Positions 10,540-21,834 of a stretch of 64,000 nt of DNA are shown in pieces. Position numbers and translations under genes: made by a program. The DNA lies in the NCBI GenBank assembly GCA_047967505.1, contig CM106538.1, one strand, 5' to 3'. The notes beneath the pieces are model-generated. The model had not been told where the DNA came from. It saw only the letters and a program-made list of their open reading frames with translations, and ran no database searches. The stretch's first letter is position 1, and the number at the start of each line of letters is the position of its first letter. Source of the DNA: Dipteris shenzhenensis. Taxonomy: Eukaryota.

Positions 10540-13500
10540 ATGGTTTGACCCCGTCGCGACAATGATGGGGATATCAACCTCGATGCAGAGACTAACAATT
10601 TCTTTAATCGACGAAATAATAACAATCAAGGTAGGTGCCCCTTGGGAAAATTGGAACTTCCCAAATATAATGGTAGGGGAGATCCAGCCCGATTCCTCCA
10701 GCATTTTGATGCCGCATGCTGAGCAGGTGGAGATCAATTCCACAAAACCAAGGTGGCTTGGTTTCCCATGGCCTTAACTAATGAAGCATCTGAATGGTAC
10801 CTAGACCTTCTAGTGGAAGAGCGAGCCACATGGGACCTACTTCAAATAGAAATTAAAAGATGCTTTCAAACAGAGAGGCTACAAGATGATCCCACTCTCC
10901 AACTAAGCAAGATCGAACAAGGCCGTTGAGAAGATGTACACACGTACCTGGGTAAGATGAAAAGATTAATCGCCAAATGTGACCCATGCCCCAATGCAAA
11001 GTACCTCACGGCTTGGTTCATTGCAGGACTAAGAAATAAAATCCAAAAGGATATGAAAAAGATTAGCAACTATGAAACATTTAGTGTTGCTCATGCAGCA
11101 GCCATTGACATTGAGGATGGCATGACCAACTTTGACACTAGCAGTGATGATGGCAGATCTAGTGCATGAGATAAGCACTCGAAAAAGGGCAAATCCAAGT
11201 CCACTGCCGAAACATCAAATGAAGATTGCCTAGAGGCCATGACCATGAAGCTGAAAGAAGACATGATGCAAGCCATGGAACAAAAACTTCACTTGTCTCA
11301 GCGACCAACTCAGACATATCCACGGTGAGAAAATGTTTGGTGTCCACACTGCATGGCCAATCATACAACAAATGAGTGCCCGGTCCTAAGAGCCAAAATC
11401 ACTACACAAGCAAATTCACCGCCAAGGTTGTGGTGCCATATCTGCATCGTTGGCGGCCATGATGAAAATAGTTGCATCTACAACATGCGCAACAACTTGC
11501 CTCGACCTCAACAATACCAAGTGACACCCATACCAGTGTACAGGCAAACGGCACTTGCACAAGTGCCCCAGCTTCGAGGCTAAATCTTGTTCCCATTTGG
11601 ACACAAGTCCCACAACTACTCAAGAATCCGAATCCACGACCACAGCTTCGAGGCTAAATCTTGTTCCCATTTGGACACAAGTCCCACAACTACTTAAGAA
11701 TCTAAATCCACGACCATATCCAAGAGCACCAAATCCAACTCTCTGGTAGTTCCAATACATCAATTACAAGCCGAGGAAGTAGACTCATCATTTGAGTATG
11801 AAACAGAGTACCCAATGTACTATGTAGAAGGTGTAGAGGGTCTAACACCAGCTTATGCAAATTAAGTACATCCCAATACATATCGAGCACCAATCAAGTG
11901 CTACGGTTGTGGAGAAAATCACTGGATCACGGAGTGCCCTCATCATGGTAGCCCCACTACTTTCCAACCACTCTACAGAGATTGTGGCATAGGACATGCC
12001 TGTATGGATTGTCCCATGAAAAATAAAGTCCCACAATAAATAAAGGTTAAGCCTAATGTCCCAATCGGCATCATTGGGGTGGACCATCAAAGTCTAGGTT
12101 CGGCAAGTGTAATATCACAACCTGTCAATGTAATTACACACCAATAGAAAGAGGCCACCAAGGACCCTAACATTCCAATCCAACCAAAGCGACTTCTTAA
12201 AAATAAAGCACAAGTGTCTCCACCTTCGCTTAGCAATGAGCAACCGAGCTCATCCACATCAACTCCCGAGCCTCAAATAAAAGAATCTCCATACCCAAAT
12301 GTAGAGGTGGAGAAGGATCATTTTCAAGCACTTCAACAATGGGTACAAAAGGAACAAGCTCAATTTAACGTTGAGAAACAAGCTCAATTTGAGGCTGAGA
12401 AACAAGCTCAAGACCCAATCCATGACTTGGCCCCACAAAGTATTGATATTGTACTCGAGCCTCTATTCCAACAACAGACTCCACAACATAATGTACCGCC
12501 ACGTCAACTTGAAGGAGCCGCACTCTCTAGCATCCTGAGTTGCCTTGTGTCAATTCCCATCGGAATCCTCCTACGGAATTGTCCCAATCTCTGGGAGAGT
12601 TTCAAAGGATGGATTGAACTCACAAATCCCCCTCCACCTATGAACTACATCGAAGATATCCCTGTGCGGATGGGTGAGAGAGATGACATATGCAACATGA
12701 CTATGCCTTTGATCCACAAGGCATATAATGAAGTCCAAGCCATAGTGGATGGTGGAACAGGTGTAAATGTCCTATCAAAGGAGCTCTATGAAGAATGGGG
12801 TCTCCCACCAATGCAAGAGGCTAATTTCAACATACACCTTGCTGATGATTCATGAGCTAAACCCTTGGAATAGTGAATGGCGTGTCCATAAAGGTTGCAA
12901 GAGTCCGCTTTTCCCTTCAATTCACAATCTTGGATGTCCCCAAAAAATCCTATCAAATCTTACTAGGATGTCGTTGGTTACGGGAAGCATCAATCCTCCA
13001 TGACTAGGGAACTGATAGATTGACAATCCAGAATCGTGACACCATAGTCAGGGTGAATGTGGGAATAGGAGCTATAAAACCAATTGTGCCTAGAGCATTT
13101 GATGACACATCTTCAACGACAATCTCAAGCAAATCAGCTCCCTTGCAACAGCATGCCATAGCGGACGATTCACAAAGCAATGTAAATAACTAGATACAAA
13201 CATTGGCAACCATTGACAACTACCATTCATTAGACCCCATCTTCTTGTAGATTGATGCTAAGGTGCTATAGGTAGATCCTCCACTCACACATAAAGAACC
13301 AATCGATCTAGAGGTGCCATTCTTTATGGCTGACCTCGAGTGGAATAATGAACTTGAAGAAGGTACCCATACCAATGATGACTCAGATTTTCCTTGGGAC
13401 CTTGAAACAGAGGCTGAGAATGTTGAAATTGAAGATCCAATCTTTGATAATGACTTACCCATTCTACATGCCCTAATGGCAGTCGAGCTCCCAAAAGTTG

Positions 13501-15075
13501 AACCTCTAAAGTTGAATAACAACAGAAGATCCTGCAAGAAAGCTAAAGGAGGAAATTGCAAAAAAGCCAAGGCCGACAAACACTTCACTGAATTCGAACG
13601 AGTCCAAACAAGGAATATTGAATTGTACCTTGCAAAGCCAGCTCCCTCAAAATGAGAACCACCGCCTCTTGAATGGTCCCTTGAGGAACTGGAAGGAGTA
13701 TGCGCAGCAAATGAACCCTTACTTGGAAACACCTTGCCAGTGGAAAAGTTACCCCACTATTCCCAACGTAAGAAGTTTCGGAAATTTAAGCCACATGTGT
13801 GGATGAAGCTCGATCAAGAGACTTCAAAAAAAGAAATTCAAAAAGAGCCTAATAAATTGGTAAATGAAACTATGCCACCCATTACACATGGCAAATGTTA
13901 GGTTAGTTCAACACCATCAGAGGCCGATCTTCGAGAAGTGCTGAAACACTTCAAGAATTACACAAGTGGCAGTGCACCAATAGCAATGCCAAGACCACTA
14001 AGAGAATCTGAAGTTTGAGAAACCGATAGCATTGGAGAAACTCCAATCTATGAGGGACCGGCAAAAACACACACAATAAACTCGCCCTTGAAGGGGAGGA
14101 AGAAAAACTAGTTTTCATTGGGAAACAACTTCGACAAGAAGATGAAACCAAACTCAAAGCACTCCTAATGGAATATCGTGACTGCCTAGCATGATCATAC
14201 AAAGAGATGAAAGGAATTTCACTAGACGTGGCATTACACATGATACCTATAAGGGAAGGTGCCCACCCTAAGGTATGTGGACCTTATCGCACACGAGCTG
14301 GAAAAACTCCTAGATGCCGGATTCATCTATGAGATAGGGCACACTGATTGGGTTTCACCCATCATCATTTTGCCTAAGTGCAAGAAGAAGCTCAGAATAT
14401 GTGTAAACTTAAAGAATGTGAATGCCACCACAATTAGGGATCACTATCCCCTACCCTTAACAGAAACAGTGTTGGAAAAGGTGGCAGGTTCAAAAATATA
14501 TAGCTTCTTGGATGGCTTTAGTGGCTATAACCAAGTGCAAATTGCTCCTAAAGAACAATCAAAAATAGAATTTGCTATAGAATGGGGTATTTTTGCATAT
14601 AGAGTCATGCCATTTGGCCTTTGTAATGCCCCGACAACATTCCAGTGAGTCATGTTCGCAACTTTCAAGTCATTTTTGAATAAGTTTTTACAGGTGCTCT
14701 TGGATGATTTATGCATCCATTCAAACAAAAAAGACCACTTCAAATGTCTTGAAGCAGTACTAATCAAATGTAGAGAGTATGGCATCTCCCTAAATCCAAC
14801 AAAATGCCAGTTCATGGTCACCCATGGAGTTGTTTTGGGACACATCGTCTCTCAACATAGGATTGCAACTGACATGGACAAAATCAAAATCATCATGGAA
14901 TTGCCTCCTCCTACAAATTCCAAAGGTGTATAGGTCTTTATGGGACATGTCGGCTATTATAGAAGATTTATATTGCGATATGCCATGATAGCTAGACCAC
15001 TTTACAAATTATTAGTGGAATTCTTATGGACAGAAGAGAGCGACCAAGCCTTTGAGCTTTTAAAGTGGTGCCTTA
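10540..15075 (+). mobile_element. Ty3/gypsy element 1, degenerate gag-PR-RT-start of RNase H
   Basis: gag from ATG 10540 (LPKYNGRGDPARFLQHF...WFIAGL), Cys/His knuckles 11340-12015, protease AIVDGGTGVNVL (~12740), RT WVSP...LDGFSGYNQ...MPFGLCNAP...LLDD (14259-14933), GYYRRFI. Confidence 0.93.
11569..11716 (+). repeat. 74-bp tandem duplication inside gypsy gag
   Basis: cagcttcgaggctaaatcttgttccc...atccacgacca at 11569-11642 and 11643-11716. Confidence 0.9.
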
Positions 15076-17144
15076 TTGCCTTTACCCCGGTTATGTACAA
15101 TACTCAAACACATGTAAATGAATGAAAAAGAAGATTAGGGTGGTTCTGCACCCACCAAAACTTGTGTGGCTCTCTGTTTCTCTCTCTCCCTATTCTGTTC
15201 TTGCTTCCATTGAAAGCACTCTCAACTGGTATCAAAGCCGGGTGATCTAGCTGAGCGTACGTGAATGCTTGAAGCTCATCAGCTCTATGTGAGGAAGGAG
15301 AAGCTCTGTGAGAAGCTTTGTGGGTGACTTTACTTGCATCTGAGTGTGTAGAGACCTTGGAGGAACCTTTGGAAAAGTCACTTTGGTTTTGCGAAGTGGT
15401 TTTGAGAGCCTGTTAAGTGTTTTCAAAGAAAAAGTCGTTTTTTGAGCTTTTCCCTATTCCGTTTGATGACAAAGACTCCGTATTGACTTGTAGAGGCAAC
15501 TATTGCTTGCTTTTGGTGTCCACTTCACTTCAGGAGCTTGGAAACACCTTCATTCTTGAAGCTGGGATCATTTCATTGGATTTCTGACTCACTGTGTCAG
15601 TTTCTGTGTTTTTCTACCTGGGTGTTGGAACTCAAGTTTGGAGCAACCATTTGCAGATCTGTCGGTTCCGATGGACTCAGGAGTCCAAAAACTTCAATGT
15701 TGCTCATCATTCGCACTCCGGTGGAGTTTACAAATAGCTCTGTTTCCAAAAACGTTTTTCAGTCCGTGTGTTGGACCCAGTGATTGAGACCATGGTTTCT
15801 AAAACCGTCTGTCCCATTGCGTTTCGGACGCCCAAAAACCCCCACCTGTCAGTTCTTACGTGATTCGGTGGAGGATTCTCAGAGCTATAGATCTCTGTGT
15901 ATTCGATTTCCTCTCTCTGTTATGCATTTTTCATTCTAAGGTTTTGAAACCTTAGATTTATGCCACATGGTAGTGGATAAGTGTTGACTCCCATTTCTCA
16001 CTCATCGGTTGGGATTTTGGAGTTCCGGTAGAAGAGAGATATTTGCAGATTTTCTTGCTGAGTCCGATTATGCAATGGCGTCCATGTTTTGAGGCATCTC
16101 AGGTTCTATTTTCAGTAGCGGTCATTACCGTGGGACTATGATTTCTTGAGCATACCTTATGCAGATCACTCTGCTTGTAGTGCGCTCATTCGTGGTGTGC
16201 ATTGGGTTGCAGTGGATGATTTATAGGCCATTTGGATGCATTGCGGTCCTTATTAGATGCGTTGATAGCCCAAATTGCCTTGTGGGATGCTATTTTTTAT
16301 GGACGCTTTGCACATGGATGCTATTTTATGCTGAGGGATAGCTTTGACACATTGCAGGTGATGCACTGATAGTGCTATGCTCTCTTGGATGAGATATTAT
16401 TAATGCATATGCCAGTGGACGGTGTTTATGCTTGAGTCATTTGGCACTTATTGGCATTTTGGATTGCCATTGCAGTTGGCACTTTCTTTTGGGCCAGATT
16501 TGCTTATATGGATGCATAGTATATGCACATGAGTCAAATGCTTTGAGACATGAGTTTTGGTAATATTTCACTCTATTGTGGCATACACATTGGGTGCTGG
16601 TATTTGGTGTGATTCTCTCTTGTAGGCACTAGCATTTGGGATTTTGCTTTATTTACATTATGGCATCCTCTTCCATGTTTGAAAAGGGGTTTTTCAACAT
16701 TTAAAAGTTTGATGGGACAAACTTTTCTTTGTAGAAAGAATAGATAAGGGATGTGCTTATTCAAAAGAAGCATATTAAACCCTTGGCAGGGATTGAAGCT
16801 AAGCGTGCAAATATGTCTGAGGATGATTGGAATGAGTTGGATGCATTAGCAAAGTCTACTATTAGACTTCATCTTGCAGAGTTAGTTTATTTCACAGTAG
16901 TAAATGAGCAAACTATGGAAGATTTGTGGAAGAAACTGTGTGCCACTTATGAGAAGGAAACTGCCTCTAATAAAGTTTACCTCATGAAGAGGTTGTTTGA
17001 GCTGCAGATGAAGGAAGGGGTCTCCATTGCTTCTCACTTGAATGAATTAAATATTATTTTCAGCCAGCTTCAAGCTCAGAAGATGAATTTTGATGCAGAG
17101 ACTAAGGCAATATTTCTCTTATGTTCATTGCCATCCTCATGGGA

Positions 17145-20100
17145 TGAGGGGGAAGAGGGAGCACCCACGAAGGGATAAGAAGACACCAAAAGAGGTGGAG
17201 AAAAAGCTACTCCAGCTTATTCCTCTATCATATATATATGAGTATACATGGGCACTGTACAAGTGGGTGGGCACACTGCCCTTTACCCCAACAACCTCCC
17301 ACTTAAAGGCAGTGTGCCTTTAAGGGAGTATAGTACACATATAATACAATCAGCCATGGGTTGAAAAACAAGATGACCACACCGTCATCCTATGCCCATC
17401 GACACTTTACAATGTGCAAAGTGCATAGAGGGTAAGCTACTAGCAGACATCAGGTTTGCAGGATAGAAAATGACAAGCTGTAGATGCCTGTCAACCAAGA
17501 TCTCATGCCAGATCTCACTGGGAGAGTGAACTCTCACCACCACGTGCTCTTATGCTAAGTCCATAGCACCCGAACTGTCACTGTGCAAAGAAAATGTCTC
17601 TGTACCACCTGTGACCATAAGCACATGCCCAACAATAGACCTCTGCTGGTCTACCCAACCTGCATCACCTACATGCTGCTCCTGGAAGCATAAGGACCTG
17701 ATGTCCACAACCGCTTCCCTACTGTCAAAATCTGCCATAATCATGCTACCAACTCCCACTGCAACAGAAGCAAGAATCGGAAGTGTAGCCCCAATGGCAA
17801 ACATGTGAGAACCAAGTCTCAACACAGTCATGGATGCATGAAGTACTATGGCTGCCATATCAACCATAACTTGCTGCTCAACTGATCTGTGATCGTCAAA
17901 CCTGTTGTGTTTCAAGTATGGAGCCAATACAAGCAATGGAGTACTCAATAACTTCCCCCTCTCCATACTGAAACAACCAAGTATCTGACAAACATCATCA
18001 AGACCATGCAGCTCCCACTGCAAAGCATCCCTGTCCATAAGGAACCATATGGCAAGTAACCTCAGAAGGATAGCAACCTCCTGAATACTGAGACCATAAC
18101 CTGACTCACTGCGCATCACATCCTGAGCTCTCATAATGGTATCAAACCTATGTGAAGCCAAGCTCGAGGGGATTGCTTCTGGCCATGGAGGCACTTACGA
18201 AGCAAACATATCAATGATTCCTACCCATGCGCAATATGACCTGAGTCAATAACTGCAGAAACCACATCTGTCCTGGCATAACCAGCCAATGGATCATACC
18301 GGGCATCATTAGCCAAGATATCCTCCTCACCATGCATAGCCTCATCCTCATCTACAAGAGGCACTCCGCATCCTAGGAGTAAATTGTAACTTTCCATAGA
18401 AGATGCATCAACAATCTCCATAGAAGTATAAACCTGTGGAATACTCGAGACATCTGATTGTCTCTGACCAAAATCAGGAAGTAATCATGGCTGTCCCAAC
18501 TTTATAACCTGCTCACCGTGGGAAAAACCTCCCACTCCAAGGGATATGGGCTGCCCCTGCAAAGAATTCGGAGGTATCAGTGCACTTACACCCTCCTGGA
18601 ACACCACTCTCCTGCTATCCACAGTCCTGGACTGTCTAAACATAGCATCCTCTCTGAAATAGACATTATGGTTGCGTATCAACTCTCTAGTTGAAGAATC
18701 CCATAACCTGTAGTCCTCACTGGACTCACTATATCCAAGGAAGATACACCTCCTCGATCGGGAACCATGAGCATAAGCCTCGTAGCCAAACACATGTAAA
18801 TGCTCATAACATGGTGCCCTGCCTGTCAAGAAGTTAAATGGCACTCTACCATTTAGAGATCTCCTGGGTGACCTGTTAAGCAAGTATGCAGCTGTCTTAC
18901 ATGCCTCAGCCCAATAGCATTCAGTAAGACCTGCATATCGTAGCATGCTACCAATCCTGTCCAATAGAATTTGATTTATGCCTTCTGCCAAGGCATCATG
19001 AGTAGAAAGATGAGGGGTGGTCAACACCCTCCTGATACCAAGTGTATCACATAGATGCTGAAATCTAGAAGAGGTAAACTCTGCATCACCATCAGTCATC
19101 AAGCTCAATAGCTTCTTTCCTGACTGATTTTCAGCATTACCCAAGAAGCGCTGAAATGTATCATATACATCATGCTTCTGTCGAATCGGATATACCCATA
19201 TGTACTTTGTAGCAGCATCAATAAATGTCACAAAATAAGAGGCGCCACCCAGTGAAACGGTAGGCATAGGCCCACAAACTGCACTATGAACCAACTGCAA
19301 TGGCTCAACATACCTCTCACTGACTATCTTCGTCACAAAAGAGGATCCTGACTGCTGATTATCATCACAATCATGACATAAAATTTGAGATACATCCATA
19401 ACAGGAATGTATCTCAATGTTGTAAGGGCTTCCATACCTGCAATAGACATATGTCCCAGTCTGGCATACCATAAACTAATTGATGGCTGCTTACTAGTCA
19501 TAAGCATCTTATCCTGGACACCTGATACATGCAATGCATAAGAGAATCCAACCCGTGATCCCCTAGCCATAACCAGATTGCCTCTAGCAATCTTCCATGC
19601 ATGATCACCCAAAGAGACATGATAACCTGCCTCAACCAACTGTCCAGTACTGTGTAGCAAGTCCTGGTATATGTCTAACCCTCTGTAGAACAAGAATAGA
19701 GCCACTAGGCATAACAAGGTGGATATCCCCATAACCATAGACATCCATAGAATGATCAATGCCCATCAAACCACTCTCCACAATGCATTCTTGATATGCA
19801 CTGAACCATGACCTATGAGGGGTCATATGACATGAAGCACATGGATCTAACATCCAATCACCGAGAATGGGTACATCAGTGGCCAAGAAGGAGGTGTCAG
19901 ACATAGACAAAAGAATGCCTTCATCACTGCTACTGTCAGTGGAAACGCTGGCATCCACGCCTTGAAGCTCAACATGCTTCTTCTCCTTCTTCCTGTCATT
20001 CTTAACCTTGCTCTTCTTCTTGCATTTTCTTAGCCATTTCCAGCAGTACTTTTTCATGTGGCCATACTTTCCACAATAGAAACATCTAACACAAGTCCGA

Positions 20101-21834
20101 GAGCTAGACTTGCTCTTGGAATTCCCCCTTGAACATGACCTGTTTCTACCAATTGATCGACCTTTGGAGTGCATATCAAGGCTGTATTTCAGCCCATCAG
20201 GACATTTCAGCCCATCATGCTGTAACATAACACTATCATGGTCATACATCCGGCATATACGAGTATAAAACTCATATGCATGGTAGTCTACACCCTGTAC
20301 ACCATCCTGTACCTGCAAGTAGACTGACTTCGAGAGTGATGACTGAATGATAGAGCATGCTTGCTCATCCATGTCATCCCAATGACTCTGTTTAATGCTA
20401 TTAGGCTTGACACCTTTGCATTGAATGGGCTTATGCTGCCTTTTCTGCACTAACACATCATAAATCTACTCTTTCCAATACTGAAAGTTTGATCCATCCA
20501 ACCTCTCAATATCAAAGAGGGCACTACCAGCTGTAGATGCCATATCTGTGGCACAATAGCTCACAACCAAAGAGCAGTATAGTGCAATAGGCAACCCAAA
20601 TGACCAAAAATATAGTGTTGTCCAGACCAATCAGGTCTCCAAATAAACTAGCTGATCCAATGCTCAATAGCACTCAACCATAAAGAGGCATAAACAAGAA
20701 TATATGCAGCCTAGTAACCTGCCAATGCCTGGCAATTGAAGTAAGAAATGCACTGAAGCAAATGAGCAATGCCTGCTCAACCAATGGCAATAGGAGCCCA
20801 GCTCAACTATCCATAAACATCAGTGCGGCATCCACCAATGCAAATCCATAATGCATCGAAATGGCATTTACTGCATCACCAATGCATCACCTCAAGCGCG
20901 CAATTGTTTGGCAACAAAATCAAGCATTCACCACTTGCCAAATGTGCCAAAGTGACTTGCCAACCAATAATGCCCTTGTACTGAAGTGAGATTCCAATCA
21001 CTTTCTGTAATTTACTGTGAATTTGTTGTGCAAGAGAAATTCCTACAACAATACCTCACAGCCACTTTGGGCAAAATAACACGCTGTCCCTGTTTTTGAA
21101 TAGCGATATCTTTTCACTGAAAGACCGGATGCCAAAGCTGTAAAAAGAAAAGTTGTAGCTGGTAAAAAGATCTACAACTTATCAGTTGACCTCAAGAGCC
21201 AAATCCTTGTGGATTCTCAGATATTCTCACCTGAAAAACAGCTTCCTGCACATTGGTCACAAATAGACAGTAGACTGCAACTTTTTGTGGTTTTGCAGAG
21301 GTTGTAACTCTTGCAGCTTATACCGGATTAACTTGCTTCCAAAAGCAAAGTTGTAGTATGTTCTGTGAACTACAACTTTCCAGTTTGGTACAAAGTGCAA
21401 TTCCGCACCAGAAAAGAGATATTCAGTCCTGAAAATGACTGTTTTGTCATAAAAACAGCAACAGCAGCAATTGTAATGTCTTGACCAATGGCAAACACAA
21501 TGCCATAAAATCAGCCCCGAATACCGTATCAAATCAGCCCTGAAAACAACTCCAAACAATGCTCATTTGATAGGATCTCTATACATCACCGTACCACCGT
21601 ATGTATCCAACATAGGCAAATAACCATGCATCCAACAAACTGTCAATGCATCTCAACCAGGCATGTACCACTGTCAAAGCATGTGTCAATGCCACTGCCA
21701 AAGTGATGTACAGATCGAAAGCTCCTTGTGCAAGACTGCAAAATGGCATATGACTAGTCCCGCAAAGTGCCCAAGCAACAGCCTCAAATCAGTCTATCCA
21801 CAGCTAATGTCCACAAGGCGTACTTCTGCAAAAT
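17145..21834 (-). mobile_element. non-autonomous copia B related to family A; 5' LTR/PBS lost
   Basis: 3' LTR 17145-17293 (TGTTGGGGTAAAGG...CCCCTCA), PPT AAGTGGGAGGT, shortened gag from ~20543 with CFYCGKYGHMKKYC, altered protease WMLDPCASCHMTP, integrase ORF 18485..19759 with HSAVCGP, collapsed RT/RH ORF 17550..18194. Confidence 0.88.
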
